NCBI GenBank assembly: GCA_951406725.2
Contig: OX597823.1
Span: 53,878,001 to 53,942,000, forward strand
Reading direction: 5' to 3'
Source: Octopus vulgaris
Taxonomy: Eukaryota
DNA: 64,000 nt
The notes beneath the pieces were generated by a model that searched no databases, was not told the origin of the DNA, and worked only from the letters and a program-made list of their open reading frames with translations. A program made the translations under genes and the position numbers. Below, piece after piece: positions 25,881 through 41,352 of this stretch (position 1 is the stretch's first letter; each line of letters starts with the position of its first letter).

Positions 25881-28800
25881 CTGTGTGTATGTGTGTTACT
25901 GTCCTCCTGTACTTTTTTTTTTTCTCATTTTTAACAAGACTCATTTTGTTTGAGAGAGAGAGAGAGAGAGAGATTGAACTGAATGAATACAGTAAATTAG
26001 TCTACTTAGTTTACCAACTTTTAACCATTTTATTACCATGTTTATGTTGAAATATGTTGCCTTTGTTTCAATTAATTTTGAAAATAATGAAGAAGTTATT
26101 AAAATAACATTGACATTATTAAATTGGTGTTTGAGACATTATATTAATTTTGATGGGACATTTTAATTCAGATCACTTTAAAATAGCGACTTTGTATCAT
26201 AGACCCAAGGGTAGTTTCAGATTGGTCTGTAGGAAAACGGTTAATGTAAATAGAAGACAAGGTTGGGATTGTTTGATACAAAACTGAATATGATAATATA
26301 TTGATTGTAAAAAGAGTTAAGTCAAAAGAAATATATTACCAAAGAACACTCATAGCAGCAAAAGCAACTCTACTTTTCTGTCCTCCTGATAGAGATGCTA
26401 CAGAACGTGTTGCCAGTTCCCCTGTGACTCCGAATGATCCAAGAATTGATCGATACATTTCAATTGGTTTACCTGAAAAGACAAAGAGAAAAAAATTTGT
26501 TATTAACCATTTCATTACCAACCAGGCTGAAATCGGCTCTGGCTCTGAGTACAAATGTCTTATTTTCCTACGTTTTGAATTAAAATCTTCCACCAAATCT
26601 TAGTTACAATTTATGTTCCTAACACTAGCTGAATGATAACGAAGTTATTTTACTAAATTCTTTGTTATATTTAAAGTAACTGAAAGAAACACAGAGCATC
26701 TCAAAATAAATAAATTAACGAATGGGTTAAGTAGGTGCAGTTGTGACTCTGTGTTAAGGAGTTTGCTTTCCAACCATATGGTCAGGCCGAATGTGTGGCA
26801 CCTTGGGCCAACCAAAGCTTTGTGAGTGGATTTGATAGACAGAAACTGAAACAAACCTGTCGTTGGAGGGGGGGGGGGTCTTTGTGTCTGTCTCCAACAC
26901 TTGACAACTGGTGTTAGAGTGTTTAGGTCCCTGTAACATAGCAGTTCAACAAAAGGGGTGGATAGAATAAATACCAGGCTTTAAAAAAAAACATAAGTAC
27001 TAGGGTTAATTCTTTGGACTAAAAATTCTTCAAGGAAGTACCCCAGCATGGCTGCAGTCTAATGAGTGAAATGTGTAAAAGATAAAAGAAGTGGTGAGGC
27101 ATGGTAGTAAGTTCTCAGATTTAATTTCAAATAGAACCATTTCACATATCACTTAGAAAGATAAGGATGTCAGAATTTCCCTTTATATTGAAAGCTTCAT
27201 GTTTACATTCCTTATTGACAACAGTAGATCATCATCATCATTTTAACATCCACTTTTCCATCCCTGCATGGGTCAGACAGAGTTTACTTAGGCAAATTTA
27301 CCACAGCTGGATGCCCCTCATGTTGCCCACCTTCCATTTTCAAGCAAGGTAATATTTTGCCATTGATAGACATATTTTTGTAGAATATTGGAATCATTTT
27401 CCAACTAACATGTGATGTCAAGATAAGGAGACACAAACATCAAGGAAATAGGCACAGTAGCTGAAACAAGTTCAATATGGTTATGGTTGATAAGAGACCG
27501 CAAGTGGAGCCCTTCTGTAGGTGAAAACTAGATCAGTCCTAGCTGCCTCACTCAGGTGAAGTGTACAGGCTAAGGCACAAAACGTCTGTGACCCTAAGAT
27601 ATCTACTGACGACATGGAAAAGTTTCCAGCATTACAAAGGATATAGAAGTGCTTGCAAAAATCCTGAGTAACTCCTGCAGGGTACAGGTCCTCTTGAGTA
27701 CACAGCACCCTCAGCAAGTAATTTCTAGCATAGCCTGATCCAACCAATAATTGGTGAGTGAATTTGGTAGATTGAAACAGTGCAGAAGGAGAGAGAGCAA
27801 GAGAGACAGAGACAGAGAGAGTGTGTGTGAGTGTATGAAAGTGTGTATGCAGGTGTGCATGCTGCATTTCTATGTGCACATGTATGTATTTGCATCTGTT
27901 TCTCACAGGCACAAAAGCCACAACCACCACCACTACTTGACAAGCAGTGTTGTCTTTTTTTGGTTTATGTCTCCATAACTTAGCAGTTTGACAAAAAAAG
28001 ACCAAGAGAATAAGTGCCAGGCTTAACCCTTTCGTTACCAACCTGGCTGAAACCGGCTCTAGCTCTGTAGTACAAATGTCTTGTTTTCATAAGTTTTGAA
28101 TTAAAATCTTCTACCAAACTTTAGTCATAATTTATGTTCCTAACACTAGCTGAATGACAGCTAAGTTATTTTGCTAAATTCTTTGATATATTTTAAATAA
28201 TTGAAAGAAACACAGGACATCTCAAAATAAATACAGTAACAAAAGGGTTAAGAACAGAAACATGAGTACCGAGATCAATTTGTTTCAAACCCTTCAAGGC
28301 AGCACACCAGCACAACTGCCATTCAATGACAGAGACAAATAAAAGACACAACATGTATTGGCAAGAAACTTACCTGTGTATCGCAATGCCAATAGTTCTA
28401 TAGATGATATATCCATTTCAAGTTGGTCCACATGATGTTGGCTGAAATAGCCAATTTTCAAATTTCTATGAGCATTTCGTAAACCTTTCACGGGGTTTAA
28501 TTCGCCAAGTAAAATCTTTAGAAGTGTAGTTTTACCAGCACCGTTTTCACCAACCTGAAACAAAAACAGTATACGGTAAGAAATGAGTCTAAATATAGTG
28601 TCTCAAAGTAAAAGTTCAAGTCTTGCTGTGATTTCAAACCTAGCTACAGTCATTATGTTGCATCTTTAGAAAATAGATAATCATGGTAATATAGAGAAAT
28701 ACAGATCGACAGAAATGAATTGTATTCTGCAGACAATACCATTTAGAATATATTTTATAGGGAACAGTGAAACTTCAAGCTGATATAGCTATAATTTTAA

Positions 28801-31800
28801 CAATGAGTTAAAAAACCCTCGAGACAGAAAAAGTCAAAAACTGCCCATGCTTTGGTCAAATGCCACATAAAAAGCACCAGTGTTGGTGCCACATAAAAAG
28901 CACTGTTGATAGAGCCATGTATAAAGCACTGGTGATGGTGCCACATAAAAAGCACTGGTGCTGATGCCATGTAAAACACACTGGTGCCACTTAAAAAGCA
29001 CTGATGCTGGTGCCACATAAAGTAGTTGATTGTCAGGGAAGGTATCCAGCTGTAGAAGCCATACCAAAGCACATGATGGAACCTAAGTCAGCTCCTGGCC
29101 TTGCCATCATGGAAAACTGACATTAAATGATGATGATGATGATGATGACAGGACATCTGTCATGTTTGCTGAAGATGTGGATTTATGTTCCAAAGGCAGC
29201 CTTTGACATTTTCTCTCCAAAGGGCTTTCTAGCCAAATATTTTACATGCTATTAATTATAGCTTTATCAACTTCAAGTTAAACTGTTCCAGAAAGAACTA
29301 TTTCATGTTCTCTCAAAGTTTCAAAATTCTTATGATGTCAACAAATAAAAAATTTTTTTTTCTCACAATTTTGCAACTCTGGTTGCTACTAGGTAACCAA
29401 CCTGTGTTGCAAAAATGTTACAGATGGTGTAAAAAATTTTTTAAAACTATAATCTCACGGACACTAAACTTCCACTTTATGATATGGAAAAATAAGCAAA
29501 GTAAATATAATTATTTGTTACAGGGTCTTCAAGTAATCCACATTATTTGAAAGTAAAACTTCAAAGTCACATGAGGAAACTTGGGCAAGTGTCTAGTGTG
29601 CTACTATAGCCCAGGGTCAACTAATGCCTTGTGAATGAATGTTGATGACAGAAACTGCCCCCCACTCACCTACCATGACTACCACTGTTTGACAACCAGG
29701 GTTGGTTTGTTTACGCATGCGAAACTTAACATTTCAGCAAATACACTGATAAAATTAGTACCAGACGTTGACCCAGCAGCATTTAGATTATTCAGATTAC
29801 ATCATCATCATCATTTAACGTCCACCTTCTATGCTGGCATGAGTTGGACGGTTTGACAGGAACTGGCCAAGTAGAAGACTGCACCAGACTTCTGTGTCTG
29901 TTTTGGCACGGTTTCTCGGCTGAATGCCATTCCTAACACCAACCACCCAACAGAGTGGACTGAATGCATTTTTATGTTGCACAAGCACAGGCAAAGTCAG
30001 TTTTGGCATTGTTTTTACAGCTGGATGCCCTTCCAAGTGCCAACCACTTTACAGTGTAGACTGTCAAATTGTTTTGAATTAAACATGCATTATCTCATAG
30101 CTTTGAGATTTTGATGATGTGATTGTTTACTTCTAGATTGCTGTTGTAGGGTAGGTGTGAGAGGCCAAACATGGCTGGTTTGAACATAATAAAACAGGTA
30201 GAATATTTCTGCCGGTTATGGCCGGTTTAAATCCTAAAGTATTAAATATAATCAAAAATGGGATCAAAATAAAAGACACTACTTACAATACAAATACGGG
30301 ATTCCATAGAGGCACTAACACAGATATTGTGAAATATTACTTGATCTTCACTATAATAAAATGTAACTTCATCCAGTTGTAAAATTGGAGGTGATAATTT
30401 ATTACATTCAGGAAATCTATAAAACAAAAAAAATAATAAATAAATAAAAAATAAACAAGTAGGCACAAGCATGGTTGTGTGGTGAGAAGCTTGCTTCCCA
30501 ACTACATGGTCCCAGGTTCAGTTGCACTGCATGGTACTTTGGGCAAGTGTCTTCTACTGTAGCCTTCTGCTCACCAAAGCCTTGTGAATGGATTTGGTAG
30601 ATGGAAACTGAAAATAGCCCACTGTGTGTGTGTGTGCGCACGTGCACGCGTGTGCATGTATGTATCAAAAGGATGTGTTACAATACTATTCCACATAAAC
30701 AAAAACAGCCATACCAACAATCCAACATACCTCCATCATCAGCTGCCCCACAGATATCATTATGGTTTTGACACCTGGGCAATACCATTCAATCCGGTGG
30801 TGTCAACAGCACTAAAATAAGTGTTGTCTGGGAACAAACAAACCAAAGAAACCACAACTTTCAAACACATTTACCCCAATGGCATTCATATCAGTAAATA
30901 AATTTAATAAGTAAATTACAACCACCTCCTAAATACGTAGCTAAACAGCAACCAATCCATTAAGTCATATGTATCTTTATGTATGTGTTTGTTCTTCACC
31001 ACCACTTAACAACCAGTGTTGGTACATTTACATCCCCATAACTTAGCAGTTTGGTAAAAGAAAGATAGAAAAAGTACTAGGCTTTACAAAATAAGTACTG
31101 GGATCAATAAGTTTGACTAGAATTCTTCAAGGCAATGCCCCCAGCATGGTCACATTCTAATGACAAACAAGTAAATATATAACAGGAAAAAGTATGAGAC
31201 AATAACATATATTTTATATTTAACCCTTTTGTTGCTATATTTCTGCTATAGTTCAATCAATTTCTAAAATAATGAAGTAATTGATAAAGCAATTATAATT
31301 ATTAACCATCTCATAAATGGAGGCACGTGGCTTAGTGGTTAGGGTGTAGGACTCATGGCCATAAGATTGTGGTTTCGATTCATGGATCAGGCAATGCGTT
31401 GTGTTCTTGAGCAAAACACTACATTTCGCTTTGCTCCAGTCCACTCAGCTGGCAAAAATAAGTTATCCTGTGACAGACAGGTGTCCTGTCTAGATGGGGA
31501 ATTTACATGCTATGGAAACTGGGAAACCAGCCCTTATGAGTCAACATGACTTGGGACAGTAACTTTACCTATAATTATTAAACTGGTGTAAATTAACATG
31601 AAATTTAGATGGGAGGTTTCAATTTAGACCACTTTAAAACAGGAAATTTGTATCACAGAACAAAGGTGTGGTCTCAGGTGGGTTGGTATCAAAAAGGTTA
31701 ACTCTTTCTACCTTTTCTACAACTACTGCAATGTCCTCTGTTCCACCAAACAGACTTGTCACTTCCACCGACACTCTCAACTCCATCCTTCACTCTTTCA

Positions 31801-34383
31801 ATTATTATGCATGTTGTATTCACCACCATCTCATGCCTTTCACTAATCACTATCTTGGGTTGGCTTTTGGATACCTTTAGTGCACCTTTTGGTACCTTTA
31901 CCACAAGCATTTGGTCCAGGATTCCAGTCACATGATAACCCAATATCTTGAAATATGACTTCCTACTCCAACAAACTAAGAATCATCATTTGTTCCTCCC
32001 TCTCTTCTACTAGTCCCTTGTAACCTATGAACAGTCAGGGGCACAGCACTATGCCAAAAATTAAAAAAACAAAAAACCCTTTTATTACTCAAACAGGCAG
32101 ATTGCCTTTGTCACAAAGAGAAACCTTGTCTATCCCCTTAATTTTTTAGCATTCAGATTACTCTATAAAATATAATGCTTATTTATTCACACACTGTTTT
32201 GAATTAACTGTGCATGATCTCATAGCTTCAAGATTCTGATGATACAATTGTATGTTTTTAGAAAGATATCATAGGTAGATGTGAGAGACTGCATTTGGCT
32301 AGCTTGAACATAAAACAGGAAGAATATTTGGGTTGCATGCAGCCAGTTTAACTTGTTAGCATTTAAACTGGTCATATCAGACCCGAACATTCTACCTTGT
32401 TTTTACTATGATCAAACTTGCCAGATTCAGCTTCTTACACCTACCCTACAATTTCATTCTAGAAACAAACAATCACATCATCAAAATCTTGAAGTTATGA
32501 GATAATGCGTGATTAATTCAAAACAATGTGAATCGGTAAGCATTACATTTGAGAGAGTAGTCTGAATATTAACCCCTTGCAGACAGGTAGCAATACTGAC
32601 TGCATCAAAACACTGTCTCATTCTGTGTGGCACCGTGTTTTCAACTATACTACACTGAGAAGAATCTGTAAACATACACTGTAAAATTCCTTGTATAAAA
32701 AGTTATGTAATTACGGGACGGCCTAATACCAGTACACAGCACAGACTGTCAGTACAAAATCCGTCTGCAAGGGGTTAAAGAGCTAAATGCTAAAGAGTCA
32801 AACACAAACTACCAACTTCTACTTTTTTGTTTTGCTTCTGAATTCGATGAATTGAAAAAAAAACTTACTTGAGTATAACCTCACTTTCTTTGGCAACAGG
32901 TTTCAGTTCAGGGCTACAAAACATAGTTCAAAAGAAATTAATGTATGTTAAGAAATGTTAATAGGAATTTTTAAAATAATCTAAACTTTTTTGCCTTGTT
33001 CTAAACAGTGAAGACAAACAAAATTCATATCAATAAGATTAAATTTCTAAAGCAAGACTTCAATTAAAAAAAAAAAAATTTTAAATAAGATATTTTAGAA
33101 GTTCTTTCTTTATTTTCAAACTTTTCATTTGTGTTAAAAAATAAATATTAATAGGAATCAAAAATATCAATAATGTTAAATATTAATCATCATCATCATT
33201 TGATATGTTTTCCTCGCTGACATGGATTGGAAGATTTGACAGGAGCTAGCAAGGCCAGGAGCCACACCAGGTTCCATAGTCTGTTTTGACATGGTTTCTA
33301 CAGCTTGATGCCCTTCCTAATGCCAACCACTTTAGAGTGTACTGGGTGCTTTTTATGTGGCACCATGGTCTTTACTCTTTTTATATGGGTATCCATCATT
33401 AGTGGATATCTTACATAAATTTGCAAGGGACTCCACAAATGTATGGCTCCTTTCTTGCTAACACTGTCTGAGAATTCACAGATGTAGCGCTATCATCATT
33501 TTGAACCCTTAATAGCATATCTTTCCAAAATCTTTCTTTTTGTTATTTGAGGAGTAAAATAAACAAGTAATAATATAAAAGCAAAAATAAATGAACCAAT
33601 AAGGTGACTTACAGTTTCTCAAGCAGTTTAAGTTTACTTTGTACTTGTGAAGCACGATTAGCATTATAACGAAATCGGTCAATGAACACCTGAAAAAAGA
33701 AACAAAGAATATTAGAAAGAGTTTGAGATTCATTATACAAAGAAGGTGCAGAAAAAAATCATTCTTTTATTTGTTTGTCATTTGACTGCGGCCATACTGG
33801 GGCACCACCTTTAGTCGAGCAAATCGACCCCAGGGTTTATTCTTTGTAAGCCTAGTACTTATTCTATTGGTCTCTTTTGTCAAACCACTAAGTTACAGGG
33901 AGATAAACACACCAGGATCGGTTGTCAAGCAATGTTGGGGGGACAAATACAGACATACACACACATACATACATCTACAATAAGCCTCTTTCAGTTTCCA
34001 TCTACAAATCCACTCACGAGGTTTTGATCGGCCCAAGGCTATAGTAGAAAACACTTTCCCAACATGCCACATAGTGAGACTGAACCCGAAACCATGTGGT
34101 TGGTAAGCAAATAAATTTTAAGAAAACAAAAACATTTCTAAAACTGTGTTTACAGCATGATAAAATGCAGAAAGGAAACAAAATAGTATATTTTTTTTTT
34201 TTACTTTCTGTACAGATTATACTTTTATAAGCATATAATAATCTTGGCTCTACCTTGAAGAATTTTTAGTCAAAAGAATCAACTCCAGTACTTTTTTTAT
34301 AAGTCTATTGGTCTCTCTTTCACTGAACAGGGACATTAACACACTAACATCAGTTGTCAAGCAATGCTGGGTGACAAACAAGT

Positions 34384-34440
<57 letters not shown>

Positions 34441-37400
34441 ATGGGCTTCTTTCAGTTTCCCTCTACCAAATCCGCTCACAAGGCTTTGGTTAGCCCCAGG
34501 CTATAGTGGAAGACACTTGCCCAAGTTGACATGCAGTAGGATTGAACAAAGAACCATGTGGTTGGGAAGCAAGCTTCTTACCACACAGCCACACCTGCAC
34601 TTACATCTAAAGCCTTTTTTGTTGTTGTTTTTTTTCTTCATTTACAAAAACAAGATTTATACAGGATTTTCTTTGTAGGTGTATCAATGGACAGATTGTA
34701 GGACAGACAGAAAGATGATTTTGTTTTTTTAGCTAGTTTTAGTCATTGAACTGTGGCCATGCTGGGGCTCAGACTTCAAGAGATAATTAAATCAACACAC
34801 TCCATCCACCCAGTATTTTTGTCAGCCTTGGAAGGATGGCATTTAAAGACAACCTGATCAGTATCTCAACTCAAAAGAAATGCCATAAGACACTTTGTAC
34901 TGATTGTGCAAATAATTTTTTCAAGGTGCTCAAAAGGCTTTGGTCAACCCGAGGCTATAGTAGAAAACACTTGCCCAAGGTTCCACACAGTGGGACTGAA
35001 CCTAGTGTCATGTGGTTGGGAAGCAAACTTCTTACCATGCAGTCACAAAATGCACAGTAGTAGTAGTTAGCAGTTATAGCACAAGTAAAATAAATACTTT
35101 ACACTCTCTAGGAAACTCTGTAAAAGTAGCTGATAGTTTCTATCACCTAGGCCAGTTAGGTAACTGGCATAAGGTTTTCTGAAAGTGGTTGTCAGAATAA
35201 AAATAAGATGGAAAAAGTTCCAGGAGTTATTACTTCTGCTGACAATAAGGAAATTCTCTTAGCAGACTAAACTGTATGGTGCTTGTGTGTGAACAATGAT
35301 GTTGCATGACAGTGAGTTGTGGGAGCTGAATGCTGTGGAAATGCAAAGGTTAGAGAGAAATGAATGCGTAATATTAAAGTACAGATGAGCTCAAAGGTAA
35401 ACTAGGTACAAAAAAAAAATCACAATGCAAGGGAGACAACTGCATTTTTATGGGCATGTAATGCATCAGTAAACAGTGACTGATCCGAGTTGTAAGAAAA
35501 TACAGAAGACCAAAGAAGAAATATGCAGAAGTAGTAAAAATTGATCTCAAGGTGTTGAACCTCACAAAGGAGATGACAAAGAAATGCAACAGATGGTAAA
35601 ACTCTGTACTGAAAAGGACCCATCCAAACCACATAAACATGGAAAGAGCAGGTGTAAAAATAATGTTAATTGCTGATAGGAACACCATATTTCGTTACGC
35701 AACCATAATATACTACCAAGTATATTAAAGGCTTATAAGTCAATGCTGTGCCCCACCAGTGTTATTAATTCACTTTTTAAACCCATTTTCTATCTTCGAT
35801 TGCATTCCTTACATAGGCGTATTTGTATATGAAACATCATAACAAATCGAATATCTGTAGAGGTAACTTTATAAAGTAAAGACAATGATGATGATAATGC
35901 TGATACATGCCTGAATATGTTCTCTGTATTGTTGTTGTGCTTCATATTCTTTTTGTTGATTTTTTAATCTGTCTTCGCGACTCTTCATAAATGTTTCATA
36001 ATTTCCTTTGTAGGTGTCGATACGACCACTGTGTAAATATAAGATGTCTGTGGCAACTGCATTTAAGAACTGTCTGTCGTGAGATACAACTAGAATTGTT
36101 GACGTCCACGTCTAGGAATGAATAAATGAGAATACATTCAGAATGTATAGTGGGTCTTTGCATTGATGCAGCTCAAAAATGAAAACCATAATTAAATCAT
36201 TGAATTTTTTCAAAGTAAAAATTAAACCAAAATTCATTAGAATACATCAACTCGTTCAATACAATTGGCTCATAAGCAGTGCTGTTTATATTCCTGAGTG
36301 AGTTGGAAGTGAGCATCTATGTAGTTGTTCAGTTTACTAGAAATAGCAACCAAATCTCACTTAAGCACACCCTACAGTCTTAAACAAAGAAGGATATCTT
36401 GAAGTGCTTGGTATACAGAAAAACACAAGATAGCCCTGATTAGACCACTTTTGCTCAATTAGGCCTATACAAAAATATTCCCATAGATAATCATAAAAAC
36501 ATGAAATCGTTAATAAATGAAGGCTACCATTTGAAAAAGTTTGTCTTAAATCTGACATCCATTCTTACTGTTAGAATGGCTTTTAAAATGGTTATTAATA
36601 AAGAACAAAAGTTAAGATTCACGTATACTACCTGCAAATAATCTTCCAGCCAAATGATAGCTTTCATATCCAACATGTTTGTAGGTTCTGTAAAGTAAGA
36701 TATAAAACGTTTAGAACTTAAACAACACAGAAATAGACAAGTATAAATACATTAATCTGTTCTAATTGCTTGTTTATCAGAGTTTTGGAGGCCATAGTTG
36801 GGGAGAGGATCCCATCCAAATGTTTATCCACTTTTGTGCAATGTCCACTTGTTTTATTGATATGACAAAAACATATTGCTCCCATCGTCATATCACCCCA
36901 CTCTGACACCTGAAGCTTGCCACTGTTAGTTATCACTTGAAGGACCTATTTCTGCCACGAGGAGAAAAGCTGCTATTAGGTGGAATTTAAACTCAGATGA
37001 CAAAGACCCAGAAGACATACTGCAACACAAGATAATTCTGTTTTGGAGTTACTGCTCTCTAAGACATGTCAGAGACATCTTACTCATGTATTGCAATTTG
37101 GCATGGTTTTTGATGGCTGGATGCATTTTCTAACAGCTATCATTTTTCATTGCATTTCATTGAAGCACCATCACTAAAGAGGTTGCCATGTCCTTGGCAA
37201 GACTAAAGAATCCTATTAACTTAATGTTCGTTCAACAACCACTTTACTGGGTGCATTTTATCATAGCAACCAATACTAGTGAGAGTGCCTTGTCTCCTGC
37301 AAGATTTCTAATTAACATAAAATATTTTGGGCTGATTGCCAACATGCCATTTTAACACCTGTTACACTTCATATAATACAGAAAAAAGAACATCATTATC

Positions 37401-40400
37401 ATCGTCACCATTTCACATCCATTTTCTGTGATGGCATGGGCTGAATGGTTTGACGGGAGCTGGCAAACCAGAGGACAGCGCAAAGCTCTACTGTCTGCTT
37501 TGGAATGGTTTCTACAGCTGGCTGCCTTTCCTAATGCCAACCACTTTACAGAGAGTACTGGGTGCTTTTTACATGGCAACAGCACTAGGAAGTCACTAGT
37601 CCCCTCAACTTAGTGGGGAAATGGTATTGAGGGAGGTGACTTTATGCCAAGTGATGAGAGGTTAAAAAGGATGATAGAAGCAGAAATCGGTGACTTGCTG
37701 TAGAGGAGATACATGGCTACCTCAACATAACAAAAGACATAAAATGAGGAACAAAGTTAAAATAAACTGAAACATACCGTCAAGCAACAATAAATCAGGC
37801 CTAGAAAAAATATAAACAATAAATTAGTCTTCAGAATATAAAAAAATTTTCTTTTTAAATGCTCTTTTAAAAAATGGCAATAAAGCAATGGCAAAAAAAC
37901 ACATTTTAACCCTTTTAACAACATGCCACTGGTTCTATAATAAGGGTCTTATTAAATATTAACCCTTTCATTACTGTATTTATTTTGAGATGCTCTGTTT
38001 CTTTCAATTATTTTAAATATAACAAAGAATTTAGTAAAATAACTTACTTATTATTGAGCTGGTGTTAGGAACATAAACTGTGACTAAGGTTCGGTGGAAG
38101 ATTTTAATTCAAAACTTATGAAAACAAGACGTTTATACTACAGAGCTGGGTTGGTAACAAAAGGGTTAAATTTCCTTCATAGTCTTACCATATTTTCTGG
38201 CACACAAGTTGAATTTTTCAGAGCAAAATTTACTGCCAAAAATGTAGGTTGACCAAGATAATTTTGGAGGACCAAAAATTCCATGCAAAATGCAGCATAA
38301 TTTGGAAAGAAAGTGATGCTGTCTGAATATTTACACAATATGTTATGTCAACTTGTATACCAGAAAATACAACATGCAAGAACCTTTTGTTACATTATAT
38401 TCCAAATAGCAGCTTAATAATGGAAATGTTTGTTATTTTATTAAATCCTTCCAGATTATTGATTGTTTACAAAATTAACTGAAATGTAGTTTCTTACATT
38501 AGAATTACTTGAAATATAAAGTGTAGATAACAGGTAATTGGAATATAGTTAAATATGATTTACATAAAAATTGTATTCAACTTATGTGAAATGATAACAA
38601 CTCTTTAATTGTATTCGTTCATGAAATGAATACATTTTAAGAGTTGTTCCCAAAGAGATTTACCAAAAAAAAAAAAAATCAATACCTCACATGATTATTA
38701 AAACACTATTATTATCAAATTTTATTATTTCTCAAAAATTCATATTAAAACCGTGAATATTTATTGTCTATCATTTTCTATCTTTACTTCTAATCTTTAT
38801 CTTATTCTAGTCTCTAATTTCTCAATTCACATTTAACAAATTTTTTGACTCAGCAGAAGAATCTATTCCTTCAGACAGTTCAGAAAGTAGAATAAAAATT
38901 CAAACTGCTTTTGCTTGTTATTTCCTAGAAATTGTATAGAATATAAACTTATCAGCATCATTTTTGTGTCTTGTTTTTCCATGCTGGCATGAGTCAAATG
39001 TGACACTTTTTATGACCTGATCCCTTCCTGATGTCAGTTCTTTTAATTGCCTCTAACAATGTGCAAAGATACAGTGTGATGTGTCGACAAGAACATGGAA
39101 GCAGAGGTGACAACTCTAGTGTTAGTTGCTTGGATATCTAAGGAGCTCCCTAGCAGAAAAATGGTATAAAAGGTGCTAGGAACTGACAGTAAGAGCCATC
39201 ATGGAGCAAAACTAAGGAGAAATAAGAGTTGCATTAAAATTCTAACATGCAGCCCTTGCATTTAAACTGACTGAAGAACACAAACAGTGTATATATTCTA
39301 AAAGCATAAGGAATGAAATAATTACAAAAATATCAAACTTACTTTGAGAACAGAGCTCGAGCAAGAGCTAATCTCATTCGCCAACCACCAGAGAATTCTC
39401 TACAAAGGAAAAAAATTAAAATATCATATATATTATTCTTGCAATTTATCATCATTTAATGTCCGTCTTCCATGCTGGCATGGGTTGGACGGATTGACAG
39501 AAGCCAACCAGGTAGAAGACTACATCAGACTACTGTATCTGTTATGGTATGGTTTTTATGGCTGGACATCCTTCCTAATGCCAACCACTCCATAGAGTGG
39601 ACTGAGTGCTTTTTACATGGCACCAGCAGAGACAGGGACAGTTTTGGCATGGTTTTAAATAATATATTGTTTCAGACCAGTTCCAATAAACCAACAGAAC
39701 ATTAGCTGTACTCTATCAATCAATTTTATCTACAGCAACAATTTTTAATACATATCAGAATTTATTTAGTTATTTCAGGAATACTTTATCAAGCCCTTTC
39801 TGTGGAAATCCTCATCTATAACTACTGAGGAGTAAAATTAATAATTTTTAATATCATCATGGCTGTGTGGTTAAAAAGCTCACCTTGCAACCACATGGTT
39901 TTGGGTTCAGTCCCACTGCACAGCACTTTAGTGCAAGCATCTTCTACTATAACCTCAGGCCAACCAATGCCTTGTGAGTGAATTTGGTAGATAGAAGCTA
40001 TGTAGAAGACCATCATATATACAGAGAGAGATATGTATGTGTGTGTGTGTGTGTATGTGTGTGCGTGTGTGTGCGTGCGTGCATGTATCTTCTCCTACCA
40101 CCACTTGACAACTGGTATTGGTTTGTTTACATCCCCATAACAGCAGTTCAGTAAAAAGGAGATAAAATAAGTACCAGATTTAGATAAATTAAGTACTGGA
40201 GTTGATTTTTTTCAACTAAAATCTTCAAGGTGGTGCCCCAGCATGACCAGTCAAATGACTGAACCATCATCATCATCATTTAATGTCCATCTTCCATGCT
40301 GGCACGGGTGGAAAAAGATAAAAGATATATTTAAGGGAAAGCTTTTCCCTCATACAAACCTTGTGTGCATTCCCTGCATCTTTGGTGTGAATCCTAAACC

Positions 40401-41300
40401 AGCTAAAATAACAGCAGCTTTTGCTGGTGCTTTGTCTGCATCAATTGCTTCTAACTGGTGATAAATTTCACTTAGTCGAGCTGAAAGACCATCGGTGCTG
40501 TCATTCCTGGAGGAGAAAAATAAGATACTTGTTAAACATACAATTGATGATATGAAGCAATCTCAAGTTTACTGGTTAACCCTTTAGCATTTAAACTAGT
40601 CATATCCAGCCAAAATATTCTTCTTGTTTTATGTTCAAACTGGCCAGATCCAGCCTCTCACACCTACCCGACAATGTTAGTCTAAAAAAAATATACAGTC
40701 ACCTAATCAAAATGCTAAAAGGTTTAAATAACATTAAGTCAGAATGAAATAGGCTGTAGACTGAGAATTAATTTCATCAGATTACCATGTTTTCTGATAT
40801 ACAAGTCAAAATTTTAAGACAAAAAAGGTAACCCCGCTTAGACATCAAGACAACTTTAGAGGACCAAAAATTCCATGTAAAATGCAACAGGATTTAATAA
40901 GATAGCCATGATGTTTGAAATGTGTACACTACAAGTTTATACTATATATGACTTGTATGTTAGGAAATATGGTAATATCTTGTGTCAAGATGGTTTCAAG
41001 TATTCAAGCCAACTCTCTCTGAATATTTTCCTAACATTTTAAAGACATTTTTTACTGAATGATAACATCATTGAACATCCACTTTTCCATACTTGCATGG
41101 ATCAGATAGAATTTCATGAGGCAGATTTTCTACAGCCAGCTACCCTTCCTGTTGCCAACCCTCACCTGTTTCCAAGTGAGATAGCATTTCTACAATTCCA
41201 GATGCATTTTTCACAGAAGACTGAAAGCAAATAATGCTTATGTGATGGTGATGCTTGTTAAAAAAAATCACATGATGTCAAGACAAGGGTACAAACACAT

Positions 41301-41352
<52 letters not shown>

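Noticed and set aside
27481-28041. 186-aa minus-strand ORF
   Set aside because: Runs through SINE and microsatellite sequence; no domain; not needed for the ABCF3 frame.
36130-36203. Possible intronic C/D snoRNA on minus
   Set aside because: Poor box C, and box D lies only about 25 nt from the acceptor.
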